Of a DNA stretch of 64,000 nt, positions 1 through 9,264 are shown piece by piece. Position 1 is the stretch's first letter; the number at the start of each line of letters is the position of its first letter. A model generated the notes under the pieces. The model did not search any database. It saw nothing but the letters and a program-made list of their open reading frames with translations, and was not told the origin of the DNA. The position numbers and the translations under genes are program-made. Source of the stretch: Nitrososphaerota archaeon (lineage in GTDB: Archaea; Thermoproteota; Nitrososphaeria_A; Caldarchaeales; Calditenuaceae); assembly GCA_041641295.1 (NCBI GenBank), contig JBEPYO010000001.1:256001-320000 (forward strand), read 5' to 3'.

Positions 1-753
1 CTCCTGGCGCACGGGGACGGCTATGTTCTACCATGGAATGTCTCGGCGACAGAGTACCTCACCTTCGAGGGCCAGAAGTTCTCGAAGAGTAAGAGGATTG
101 GAGTGTGGCTTGATGAGGCGCTAGAGATACTGCCAAGCGACTACTGGAGATACTACCTAGTCAAGATAAGGCCCGAGACCAGTGACACCAACTTTAAGTG
201 GCAGGACTTTATCTCCACAGTAAACAGCGACCTAAACGACGATATAGGAAACTACATACACCGAGTTCTGACATTCATCTACCAATACTTCGGCGGCAGA
301 GTCCCAGAACCACACGAACTAGACGACGATGACAAGAGAATCCTTGCGAAAATCACCGAGACAAGAGACAGGATCGACGAGCTGATGGGCGAAGTGCGGG
401 AGAGACAATCACTGATAGAGGTGCTCACATTAGTTAAGGAGGCAAACAGCTACCTCAACCTTAAAGAGCCTTGGAAGCTTCAGAAAACAGCCCCCGAAAA
501 GGCCGCCACAACACTCTACACGGCCTCACAGATAGTGGCCTCCCTAGCTATATTCCTCGAGATCTTCACACCAGATACCGCACGCCATCTCAGAAACATG
601 ATCGGCATCGACTTCGACTTGAGCGGTAGCTGGAGACAACTCGGGGACATCATAATCAAGCCTAACACGAAGATTGCACGCCCAGAACCGCTATTCAGAA
701 AAGTAAGTGAAAAAGAGGTACTGCAGAAGAGTGAAGGGACTCATACCGGTTAA
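1..753 (+). CDS. metG: Methionyl-tRNA synthetase, 5'-partial
   Basis: The frame is open from base 1 and reads EYLTFEGQKFSKS (KMSKS-like), DYWRYYL and a class Ia anticodon-binding domain ending PEPLFRK. Confidence 0.95.
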   Translation, partial: LLAHGDGYVLPWNVSATEYLTFEGQKFSKSKRIGVWLDEALEILPSDYWRYYLVKIRPETSDTNFKWQDFISTVNSDLNDDIGNYIHRVLTFIYQYFGGRVPEPHELDDDDKRILAKITETRDRIDELMGEVRERQSLIEVLTLVKEANSYLNLKEPWKLQKTAPEKAATTLYTASQIVASLAIFLEIFTPDTARHLRNMIGIDFDLSGSWRQLGDIIIKPNTKIARPEPLFRKVSEKEVLQKSEGTHTG

Positions 754-867
754 ACCCGCCCCTTTTCACCACTTATCTCGGGAAAAGCTCAGCATACTTG
801 TCCAACCGCTCGGGCTAGCTTGACAATAGTTGTACATTAAGATAGATCCGAGCTGCAATGTATCGAC

Positions 868-2190
868 TTATGAAGTGTATAGCTGAGATAGAGACTTCCT
901 CTTATCATCATTAACAAACGATATAACAGGTCTGAACTTCGCTGCGTTATTCTCGAACTCCTCTACAATCTTCAAGGTATACGGCGTGTCGGGAAACAAA
1001 ATATTACATCTTTTTTCAACTTCACTTTTAACTGCTTCTTCAGACCACCCCACGCGAGGCTTTATGTACACCTCTATGACATAATCGCTCCTCTGAACCA
1101 CCTTGAAGCGATCAAGACCCTCAATATCGTGAAAAGAGTGAAGGATGGTCAACGGAAAAACCGGAAGACCATCCCTACGTACTATTACGTCAACCATCCT
1201 CCCATGTATCTTGCCTAAAAGGGGAAGACCCCTACCACATGAACATTCATCATCGAGCAAAGTTACAATATCTCCTAAGAGATATCGTATAAACGGAGTA
1301 GTATATCTATACAGCGAAGTGACACATATCTCACCCTCTTCACCCGGAGATACGGGATGACCGTCTCTGAGCACCTCCACAAACACCGTCTCCGCGTTTA
1401 TGTGATAGCCTTCACGAGCCGGACACTCCCAAGCAATGCTCCCAACTTCAGCAGCTCCATAGTTATCATAGACTTCAGCCTGAAAGAAATCGCTAACAGC
1501 TTTCCTAACGCGAGCAGTGAGAACTTCTCCTGATGATCTAACTATCCTGAATGCAGGTCGCCGGTCAATTTTTTCACAGTAATCCATCAGCGCTACTAGA
1601 TACGATGGAGGGGCGAATAAAATTTGAGGCTTCCATTTTTCAATAACCTCCAAATGAGCGTCGATTTGTGATGTAAGTGGGATTGGACGTGCCCTTCCCT
1701 TTCTGATAAATCCGTAGAACCTCTTCCTTTCAGCAAGCAGATAAAATTGTTGCTCTCCACCTACTGAAACGGGCCTCAACTGACAAACCTTATCAGTGAA
1801 CCTAGCACCCTGCGCCAGGATGGATCTTATTCGGAGCGCCTCGAAAATCGCTACCTCTCTCGAATCTTGTACTATTTTGAATGGCATACCGCTTGAGCCT
1901 GATGTGTATATTACATGGTGTTTTTTAGATATGATCCCTCGCAAAACTCGGCTTTCAAGTGGGACATTTCTTAAATCCTCTTTTGTCACAAATGGCAACT
2001 TCTCAAGAACTATAGGCTTATTTAATTCCACGCCAGCCCTAGAATATAGTTCCTTATAAAAAGCCACATTTCTGTAGGCATGTAGAATTACTTCGCGCAG
2101 TTTCTTAGATTGAATTTTAGAAATCTTCTGCCCATCAAACCATTGAGACCGTTGCAACGAAATAAAATTTTTTATGACGCTGACAAGCAT
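868..2190 (-). CDS. Phenylacetate-CoA ligase (PaaK/CapK-like) adenylate-forming family protein
   Basis: Motifs TSGSSG, DNYGAAE, RYLLGD, CSCGR and GR..D. The gene is visibly AT-richer than its neighbours. Confidence 0.85.
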   Translation of the reverse strand: MLVSVIKNFISLQRSQWFDGQKISKIQSKKLREVILHAYRNVAFYKELYSRAGVELNKPIVLEKLPFVTKEDLRNVPLESRVLRGIISKKHHVIYTSGSSGMPFKIVQDSREVAIFEALRIRSILAQGARFTDKVCQLRPVSVGGEQQFYLLAERKRFYGFIRKGRARPIPLTSQIDAHLEVIEKWKPQILFAPPSYLVALMDYCEKIDRRPAFRIVRSSGEVLTARVRKAVSDFFQAEVYDNYGAAEVGSIAWECPAREGYHINAETVFVEVLRDGHPVSPGEEGEICVTSLYRYTTPFIRYLLGDIVTLLDDECSCGRGLPLLGKIHGRMVDVIVRRDGLPVFPLTILHSFHDIEGLDRFKVVQRSDYVIEVYIKPRVGWSEEAVKSEVEKRCNILFPDTPYTLKIVEEFENNAAKFRPVISFVNDDKRKSLSQLYTS

Positions 2191-2191
2191 G

Positions 2192-2209
2192 ATGCTTTCA
2201 ATAAAGCAT
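2192..2209. promoter_or_regulatory. Perfect inverted repeat ATGCTTT-caat-AAAGCAT, candidate operator of the PaaK-like gene
   Basis: Read directly. It lies between the start codon (2190) and a TATA-like element at about 2216-2225. Confidence 0.4.
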
Positions 2210-2382
2210 ATTACGTATATAATTTTTTACTTAAACTTTGCACACCGCATGGGTAAAACGGCTGAGACTTATAGTTTTGTGCCTCCCCCTGCATTCTGAC
2301 TTGGCGCTGCTCTCAAATCATAGATAAAAGGGGGAGATCCGTCCACTACGAGTTGTCTATAAACTGTGTCTCTTTTGGATTT

Positions 2383-3549
2383 TTATAGTGTTGCTTTCTC
2401 TGTTTTGAGCCTCTTTATGCCGAGTTCGGATATTATTTTGTCGAGCTCGTCCTCTTCTCTCGTGGTGGCTTGGAGAGGCTCGGTGGCCTCCTTCTTTGGT
2501 GGTAGGTCTTGCGCTGGCTCGCGTTTGAAGAAGCGTTCGTCTATGGTTTGTACGGATGCCTCCATCTCTCTGATGTAGCTCTCGGTCTCCAGCCCTGCGA
2601 GTATGAGGGATACCTGGATAGTCGAGTTGTAGTAGTTGTCGACCCTTGCCCCCCAGACTATTAGGCCGTCGTCTCCCATTAGCTCGTATATTATTTCAGG
2701 GGGCCTAGAGGCTTCTTTCAGCTTCATGTCTTCTCCGCCCGTAACATGGACTATTGCGGCGGATACCCCCTCTAAACCTACGCTGCCCTCAAAGAGTGGT
2801 GATTGGAGGGCGTTGAATGTGGCTTCTTCAGCCCTGTTGGGCGAGCTGCTCCTGCCTATACCGAGTGTCGCGAGGCGGCCCCTCGATACTACAGTTTTGA
2901 AGTCCTCGAAGTCGATGTTTATGAGGCTTGGCTTCACTATTGACTCCGTTATGCTCAGTATCATGTTGTTGATTACTTCGTCTGCGAGGGCGAAGGCGGT
3001 CTTCAAGTTGTACTGGGGGTAAAGTTCTAGCAGCCTGTTGTTGTCTACCACGACGACCGTGTTCACGTACTGCTGAAGCTCTGAGAGGCCTCTTAGGGCG
3101 ATCCTCTTTCTAACTCCTCCCTCAAACCTGAAGGGCATTGTGACGACGCCAACGACTATGGCTCCAAGCTCTCTCGCGACCCTAGCACAGACGGGTGCTG
3201 CGCCGGTTCCAGTTCCCCCGCCAAGTCCGGCGGCAATAAATACTAGGTCAGAACCCTCCAAGGCTTTTCTAATCTCTTCTATGCTTTCTTCGGCCGCTAG
3301 CCTCCCTACCTCCGGGTTTCCACCTGCGCCGTGGTCTCTAGTCGTCTTCGGGCCTAGGAGGATTTTGTGATGCGCGTTTACTGTGTCTAAGTGCTGCCTA
3401 TCAGTGTTTGCGGCTATCGCCGTCGCCCCATAGAGCCCGGAGGAGACGAGCCTGTGGACAGTGTTGCTTCCAGCACCGCCTAAGCCTATTAGCTTGATCT
3501 TGACGCCGAAACCATCCTCATATCCTGCCGAAGCCTCTTGGCTACTCAC
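2383..3549 (-). CDS. ftsZ: Cell division GTPase FtsZ
   Basis: GLGGAG, NTD, GAGGNP, the GGGTGTG tubulin signature, PFRFEG, T7 loop INIDFED, and a disordered C-terminal tail. Confidence 0.97.
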   Translation of the reverse strand: MSSQEASAGYEDGFGVKIKLIGLGGAGSNTVHRLVSSGLYGATAIAANTDRQHLDTVNAHHKILLGPKTTRDHGAGGNPEVGRLAAEESIEEIRKALEGSDLVFIAAGLGGGTGTGAAPVCARVARELGAIVVGVVTMPFRFEGGVRKRIALRGLSELQQYVNTVVVVDNNRLLELYPQYNLKTAFALADEVINNMILSITESIVKPSLINIDFEDFKTVVSRGRLATLGIGRSSSPNRAEEATFNALQSPLFEGSVGLEGVSAAIVHVTGGEDMKLKEASRPPEIIYELMGDDGLIVWGARVDNYYNSTIQVSLILAGLETESYIREMEASVQTIDERFFKREPAQDLPPKKEATEPLQATTREEDELDKIISELGIKRLKTEKATL

Positions 3550-3688
3550 TCGACCTAGCCTCCTCCTTTATGAAGTCGCGGACCGCCATGCGGATAGCCT
3601 CAGCCCTGTTCGGGTATAGCCGTCTCTTAACCAGCTCATCTATAGCTTCAAGGTATGCTTCAGGAAGGTGAACAGTCACAACCTTCAC
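3542..3688 (-). CDS. CdrS-like ribbon-helix-helix (CopG/MetJ) regulator, 48 aa, not in the ORF track
   Basis: Hand translation from GTG 3688: MKVVTVHLPEAYLEAIDELVKRRLYPNRAEAIRMAVRDFIKEEARSSE. The 3' end overlaps the ftsZ start. Confidence 0.9.
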   Translation of the reverse strand: MKVVTVHLPEAYLEAIDELVKRRLYPNRAEAIRMAVRDFIKEEARSSE

Positions 3689-3846
3689 TCCACCACACCT
3701 CGGAGAGGCATCTGAAAGTGAATCTCAAATAAAGCTTCGTAATACGGTGATTAATATCGCGTGATGACCCTCCACCGAAAAAAGGGGATTTCTGTTGCAG
3801 AAAATGATAATATTAAATAGGTGAGGCGGATACATTTTGTCGGATA

Positions 3847-4218
3847 ATGAAGATTTTGAGGGGGCGCGAAGACGAGGAAATCGATGAGATTGTCAGGTAC
3901 ATCAATGAAGAGTGTGATAGGGGTGCTGGCATACTGGTTGAGGGTGTAAGCGATCGGGAGGCTCTTCTTATGAGGGGTGTTAAGGGTAGGATTTTCACCC
4001 TTCACGAACTCTATAGGGCTGTGAAAAATGATTTGGGTGGTTTGAGGCTGATAACTTTGCTGGACTTGGATAGGGAGGGTGAAAGTATTTTAAGACGGCT
4101 GGAGGAGAGGTTCTCTAATCTTCTAAGACTGGACCATAGTGCGAGGTTGAGGTTGAGGAAGACGCTGAAATACAAGAGAGGACTGAGAACCATACATCAG
4201 ATATTTATGTCCCCGTAG
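3847..4218 (+). CDS. Small Toprim-domain protein
   Basis: LVEG..D and LLDLDREG (DxD) Toprim motifs. Confidence 0.8.
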   Translation: MKILRGREDEEIDEIVRYINEECDRGAGILVEGVSDREALLMRGVKGRIFTLHELYRAVKNDLGGLRLITLLDLDREGESILRRLEERFSNLLRLDHSARLRLRKTLKYKRGLRTIHQIFMSP

Positions 4219-4232
4219 ATAACTCGGCTCTG

Positions 4233-6578
4233 GTGTCGGAGACTATTAAGCTTGAGCCGAAGTTGAGGGAGACGCGGTGGGAGCCCAAGCTGGAGGAGGA
4301 GCTTCTCGCGAAATGGGATTCTGAGAAACTCTACGCCTTCAGGAAGGATTCGAGGAGGAGGTTATTCCTGATCGATACTCCTCCACCATATCCTTCAGGG
4401 AGGCCTTGGCACATAGGAGCTGCAGCTCACTATACCCAGATCGACATGATAGCGAGGACGGCCCGGATGATGGGGTATGAAGTCTACTTCCCAATCGGTA
4501 TCGATAGGAACGGGATACCGGTGGAGAGGTTTGTGGAGCGCGAGATGAAGATTAGGCTGACTAGCCTTCCTAGGGAGGAGTTCTTACGCATCTGCTCCCA
4601 GACTCTGGACGAGCTTGAGGCAGAGATGCTCTGGATCATGTGGAGGGCAGGCCTCTCGGGGGACTTCAAAAACAGGTATAGGACAGACTCTGAGGAGTAT
4701 AGGTCCCTCACACAGGCCACTTTCATCGAGCTATTTAGAAAGGGGCTGATTTACAGGGCGTCTAGGCCGAACAACTTCTGCCCTGACTGTGGGACAACTA
4801 TAGCAGACGCGGAGGTGGACTATGCCGAGATGCCGACAGACCTCGTCTACATGCGCTTCGACCTAAAAGATGGTGGAGAGATTGTCGTGGCCAGCACCCG
4901 GCCAGAACTCCTGGGAGCGTGCAGGGCAGTCATCTACAACCCCTCAGACGAGAGGTACCAGCACCTAGAGGGTCGAAGCGCGGTTGTCCCCATCTATGGC
5001 AGGGAGGTTCCAATAATTGCTCACAGCGCTGCGAGACCCGAGTTCGGTACAGGACTTGTAATGGTCTGCAGCTATGGGGACAGGACGGATGTCATGCTCT
5101 TCCGAGAACTGGGCCTTGAAGAGGTCATATTAATAGGATTGGATGGCCGCATGCTTGAGACTGCAGGGCCGCTTAGAGGGCTGACTGTCGAGGAAGCAAG
5201 ACGTAGGATTGTCGAGCTGTTGTCTAGTGAAGGCAGAGTCGTAAAAATTGAGAAGATAATGCACCAAGTACCGATATGTGAGCGGTCGAACACACCCATA
5301 GAGATCATCCCCATGGAGGAGTATTATCTGACACAGTTGAGCTTGAGGGAAGAGCTACTCGAGGCCGGTTCGAGGATGACCTTTTATCCAGAGTTCCATA
5401 GACAGCTACTCGTCGACTGGATAAACTCCCTGAAATTTGACTGGCCAATCTCTAGGCGGAGGTACTACGCGACCGAGATACCTATCTGGTATTGTAAGTC
5501 TTGCGGCTGGCCAAACCTCCCACCGCCAGGCAAATACTACCGCCCCTGGAAGGAGAGCCCACCCTTCAGCAAGTGCGAGAAGTGTGGTGCCGGAGAGTTC
5601 GTAGGAGAGGAGAGAACCCTCGACACGTGGGTCGACTCTAGCATTTCTCCCCTATTCATCTCGGGATACATGAGGGATGAGAGGCTCTTCCGCCGCGCAT
5701 ACCCAGTAGCTATCAGGCCTCAGGGGAAGGACATTGTGAGGACTTGGCTGTACTACACCCTCCTCAGATGCTATCAGCTGACAGGGAAGCCGCCCTTCAA
5801 GGGTGTCTGGGTCAGCGGAATGGGGCTTGACGAGAAAGGTGAGAAGATGAGTAAGAGTAAGGGAAACGTGATTGACCCCCGTCCAATACTCGAGAAGTAT
5901 GGAGCCGACATCTTCAGGTTCTGGTGTGCGCAGGAGGCGAGCCTCGGTTACGACTTCAGGATCTCAGAGGCGCGGATACAGTCCGCAGGCAAATTCTTAA
6001 CTAAGCTCTGGAACGTTGCTAGGTATGTCTCACAGTTTCCCCAGCCTCGGGGAGCGAAGCTGCTGCCCTCCGACAGGTGGATCCTCTCAGAGCTATCGGC
6101 TCTAATTGAAGAGGCATTGGAGGGCTACAGGGAGTACAACTTTTTCATCCCTGCCACGAAGGTTAGAAACTTTCTCTGGAACCTCTTCGCCAGCCACTAT
6201 GTGGAGATGACGAAGATGAGGGCTCTCGGCAGGTCGTCGGACAAGCAGGGCGCAAGGGCTGCATGGTACACTCTACACACCGTGCTAAAGTCCTGCCTAC
6301 TGCTCCTTGCGCCTATAACGCCGTTCGTGACAGACTATATCTGGCGGACCCTATACTCCGAGAGGTCCATACACTTGGAAAGGTTCCCGAAGCCTAGGTG
6401 GGACAAATCTTACACAAAGTATACCGAGCCGCTGGTTTCCTTTAACAGTGATGTCTGGCGTCGGAAGAAGGAGATGAACCTATCTTTGAGGGACCCAATA
6501 AGGATTAGCGTGCCCGAAGAACTCGCGCCCTTCAAGGAAGACCTTGTTGCAATGCACAACATAGTAGAAGTGGGATAA
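4233..6578 (+). CDS. valS: Valyl-tRNA synthetase
   Basis: IDTPPPYPSG, HIGA (HIGH-like), DWPISRRR, QGKDI and KMSKS. Confidence 0.95.
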   Translation: MSETIKLEPKLRETRWEPKLEEELLAKWDSEKLYAFRKDSRRRLFLIDTPPPYPSGRPWHIGAAAHYTQIDMIARTARMMGYEVYFPIGIDRNGIPVERFVEREMKIRLTSLPREEFLRICSQTLDELEAEMLWIMWRAGLSGDFKNRYRTDSEEYRSLTQATFIELFRKGLIYRASRPNNFCPDCGTTIADAEVDYAEMPTDLVYMRFDLKDGGEIVVASTRPELLGACRAVIYNPSDERYQHLEGRSAVVPIYGREVPIIAHSAARPEFGTGLVMVCSYGDRTDVMLFRELGLEEVILIGLDGRMLETAGPLRGLTVEEARRRIVELLSSEGRVVKIEKIMHQVPICERSNTPIEIIPMEEYYLTQLSLREELLEAGSRMTFYPEFHRQLLVDWINSLKFDWPISRRRYYATEIPIWYCKSCGWPNLPPPGKYYRPWKESPPFSKCEKCGAGEFVGEERTLDTWVDSSISPLFISGYMRDERLFRRAYPVAIRPQGKDIVRTWLYYTLLRCYQLTGKPPFKGVWVSGMGLDEKGEKMSKSKGNVIDPRPILEKYGADIFRFWCAQEASLGYDFRISEARIQSAGKFLTKLWNVARYVSQFPQPRGAKLLPSDRWILSELSALIEEALEGYREYNFFIPATKVRNFLWNLFASHYVEMTKMRALGRSSDKQGARAAWYTLHTVLKSCLLLLAPITPFVTDYIWRTLYSERSIHLERFPKPRWDKSYTKYTEPLVSFNSDVWRRKKEMNLSLRDPIRISVPEELAPFKEDLVAMHNIVEVG

Positions 6579-6580
6579 GA

Positions 6581-6636
6581 GGGTCAGACTGCCCATCGAC
6601 GCCTCACTTCTCGGCGTGGACGTTGGTCATCATCCC
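6581..6636 (-). ncRNA. Box C/D methylation-guide sRNA
   Basis: Minus strand reads GGG-ATGATGA(C)-CCAACGTCCACG-CCGA(D')-GAA-GTGAGGC(C')-GTCGATGGGCAGT-CTGA(D)-CCC. It has a terminal stem, 12-13 nt guides, and a TATA-like GATATAAT at about 6660-6667. Confidence 0.85.
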
Positions 6637-6724
6637 AATAATGAGGCTCTGGACCGTTGATTATATCTTTTGTCGCACTCACCGTTATACAGTTAAATGA
6701 GGCGACGTGGGCTGGGCCTTGGCG

Positions 6725-7111
6725 ATGGCTAGGTATGTGAGGGATAGGTCGCTTGAGGAGTATGTTAAGGAGATTGGGTCTCGTGCTGGGCTCGTCTATC
6801 TCGACTACACGAGGATTAAATGTGTGAGGAGCTATGAGACAAGGTCTAGGAGTATAGCCGCTCGCGTCCACTCAGGGAGTAGGGCGCTCTGGACAGGCCT
6901 CGGACTCAGCCCCCACTACGTGATCGAGTTCGTCTCAGAGATTTTTGACAGACTGTCGAGTGAAGAGAAGGTGGAGGTCATACTTCACGAGCTACTTCAC
7001 ATCCCGAGGACGATGGGGGGCGGGTTGATCAGCCATGGCAGACTAGACTTTAGGGGAGAGGTCAAGAGGCTTTCCAGGAGGCTTAGGGGTCTTCAAGACC
7101 TTAATCGGTGA
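6725..7111 (+). CDS. Small putative zinc metallopeptidase (HExxH)
   Basis: ILHELLHIP motif. ATG 6725 is preferred to GTG 6707. Confidence 0.75.
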   Translation: MARYVRDRSLEEYVKEIGSRAGLVYLDYTRIKCVRSYETRSRSIAARVHSGSRALWTGLGLSPHYVIEFVSEIFDRLSSEEKVEVILHELLHIPRTMGGGLISHGRLDFRGEVKRLSRRLRGLQDLNR

Positions 7112-7763
7112 TTCCGAGGACGGTGCAGGGTGCGCTGTCGACCTCTTCTAAAAGCAGTGGGGCCAAGATGACGTACCTGTAGGCAGCCGGTTTGCCTGCT
7201 AGGTCCATATCCTCAACTATTAGGAACCGGTTGTCTGAGAGAAGTATTCTGTGGCTTTCTCGCCCCTCGCTTCTCCGTAAAGGCGTGGAGACGCTGATTG
7301 CGTCTATTCCGATACCCCTGAGGTTTGGGAACGAGTCTTTGAGGAACTTGGCTGCTGACGGCGAGAATAGGAGGCCCTTGGAGGAATATGCATCCGGGTC
7401 CGTGTCCCTATAGGATTGGAGGCCGGTCCGTATTAGGAGCAGGCTACAGGACTCGATGATGTGACTGTATGGCTTCAAGTCCTCGGCCAAGACTTCTCCA
7501 CCGGGCTGCTTCGGGACATCAATCAGCCGGACGTTCTCAAAGAGGAGCTCCTCCGCCGCGTACTCGGATATTTTTCGGCCATTCTTGTAGAAGTGGTTTG
7601 GCGCATCGACGTGTGTGCCGGTGTGATTGGCCATGCTGATGACCCAGAGGTTGCTCGAGTCTCCACGCTCTATGCTTCTATAATGTGTGAGCTGTATAGG
7701 GGGTGTTCCGGGGTAGAGTGGGGTACTTCTCCCCACCCTGTGTGAGAGTAGGACGAGCCTCAA
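7101..7763 (-). CDS. Cyclase/kynurenine formamidase-family metallohydrolase
   Basis: HTGTHVDAPNHF, LIRTG, GIDAIS and H..LL.....VE motifs. Confidence 0.9.
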   Translation of the reverse strand: MRLVLLSHRVGRSTPLYPGTPPIQLTHYRSIERGDSSNLWVISMANHTGTHVDAPNHFYKNGRKISEYAAEELLFENVRLIDVPKQPGGEVLAEDLKPYSHIIESCSLLLIRTGLQSYRDTDPDAYSSKGLLFSPSAAKFLKDSFPNLRGIGIDAISVSTPLRRSEGRESHRILLSDNRFLIVEDMDLAGKPAAYRYVILAPLLLEEVDSAPCTVLGITD

Positions 7764-7854
7764 AGACTTTCCACCTGCCCACCTCTACCCTCATGTATTT
7801 TGTTTAATTACTCTGCCGCTCCAAGCGGATTATAGATATATTGGGCATGGGAGA

Positions 7855-8901
7855 GTGTATCCCCGGATGAGGGGTATAAGCCTCGGCTACTGGGTAGCAC
7901 AGGAGCAATATCCGCCCGACAGGCTGATGGAGTTCGCAATACACGCCTCAATCGTGGGCTTTGACACCATAGTAACCAGCGACCACTTCCACCCCTGGAG
8001 GGACAAAGGAGGCCACTCAGCACACCCCTGGATATGGATGACGGCGGTTGCGGAGAGGTTGAAGGGTGTTGAGGTTGGGACCGCCGTCACCACCCCTCTT
8101 TTCAGGTATCATCCCGCCATCGTGGCCCAGGCCTTCGCAACTCTTGACTACATGTATCCTGGCCGCATCTTTCTAACAGTGGGCACCGGGCACGCCATGA
8201 ATGAAGTACCCCTAGGGTTTCAGTGGCCGAGCTATAAGGAGAAGGTTGAGAGGCTGAAGGAGGCGGTTGAGATAATTCAGCTCCTCTGGCGCGGAGACTT
8301 TGTTGACTACGAGGGGAAATACTACCGCCTAGTAAAGGCTAAGCTATACACCAAGCCGAAGAAGAATATCAAACTATACATCGCCACAGCGGATAGAAAG
8401 GTGGCTGAGATAGCCGGGCAATACGCCGACGGGATACTCACGAATCCCCGGGGGCTTGAGAACTATGATTTGATAGTGAAAGCACTTGAAGAGGGGGCTA
8501 AGAAGGCGGGAAAAGACATCTCAACTCTCAGCAAGTGTATGGAGTTTAAAGTCTCTTACGACCCAGACTATGGAAAGGCGCTGGAAGGCGCCCTGTTCTG
8601 GGCCCCCACAGCTATTCCTAGGGAGAAGAGGGAGAGGGTTGCAGACCCGCGGGAACTTGAGGCGATGGTAGGCGAGAGCGAGGTTGAGAAGATTAAGAAG
8701 ACTTGGCTAATAACAAGTGATCCAGACGACATCTACAAGGCACTCGGAGAATTCCTCAAGCTTGGCTTCGACAGGGTATTCATCCACAGCTCCTCACCCG
8801 ATGAGGAGAAGTTCCTAAACCTGCTGGGCAGGGAGATACTGCCCTGGGTGAGAGAGTACTACGAGAGCCTCCGGATACCCATAAGAATCACATCAGAGTG
8901 A
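7855..8901 (+). CDS. F420-dependent glucose-6-phosphate dehydrogenase-like LLM oxidoreductase (Fgd family)
   Basis: EQY.P, SDHFHPW, RYHPAIVAQAFAT, GTG.AMNE, EFKVSYDPD and FWAP match recalled mycobacterial Fgd. Alternative start ATG 7867. Confidence 0.85.
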   Translation: MYPRMRGISLGYWVAQEQYPPDRLMEFAIHASIVGFDTIVTSDHFHPWRDKGGHSAHPWIWMTAVAERLKGVEVGTAVTTPLFRYHPAIVAQAFATLDYMYPGRIFLTVGTGHAMNEVPLGFQWPSYKEKVERLKEAVEIIQLLWRGDFVDYEGKYYRLVKAKLYTKPKKNIKLYIATADRKVAEIAGQYADGILTNPRGLENYDLIVKALEEGAKKAGKDISTLSKCMEFKVSYDPDYGKALEGALFWAPTAIPREKRERVADPRELEAMVGESEVEKIKKTWLITSDPDDIYKALGEFLKLGFDRVFIHSSSPDEEKFLNLLGREILPWVREYYESLRIPIRITSE

Positions 8902-8907
8902 GCCCTC

Positions 8908-9261
8908 ATGAGTATAATCTTCTATGGCTACAAGCGGTGTAAGACGAGCCGGGAGGTTGAAAGGGCCCTAACCTCGCAGGGGCTGAGCCTTAATTTTATA
9001 GACATAGTCAAGAATCCTCCTGATAAGAAAGTTCTGAAAGAGCTTGTGGAGAAGTATGGTGTTGAGGGTGTTGTTAGGGTCGGTAAGTCTGAGGCGAGGA
9101 AAGCCCTAGAGAAGGAGGGTCTAGAGAGGTTTCTGGAAAAGCTGAGGCTCGAGCCTAAGAGGCTTATACGCCCCGTCGTCATCGCGGGAGATGAGGTCTA
9201 CGCTGGTAGGGATGCCTTAAAGATAGTAGGCCATCCCCGAGAAAGGAGGGTGGCTCATTAG
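8908..9261 (+). CDS. ArsC/Spx-family thioredoxin-fold protein
   Basis: N-terminal CKTSR, IDIVKNPP and P.RLIRPVV. Confidence 0.8.
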   Translation: MSIIFYGYKRCKTSREVERALTSQGLSLNFIDIVKNPPDKKVLKELVEKYGVEGVVRVGKSEARKALEKEGLERFLEKLRLEPKRLIRPVVIAGDEVYAGRDALKIVGHPRERRVAH

Positions 9262-9264
9262 GGA

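Noticed and set aside
1-753. MetRS lacking the C-terminal tRNA-binding domain
   Set aside because: The short form is common in TACK archaea and is not evidence of a pseudogene.
760-800. Weak C/D-like boxes on the minus strand after metG
   Set aside because: The first guide is only 7 nt and there is no good D box.
6584-6871. 95-aa minus-strand ORF
   Set aside because: It overlaps the peptidase gene and the C/D sRNA, which explain the sequence better.
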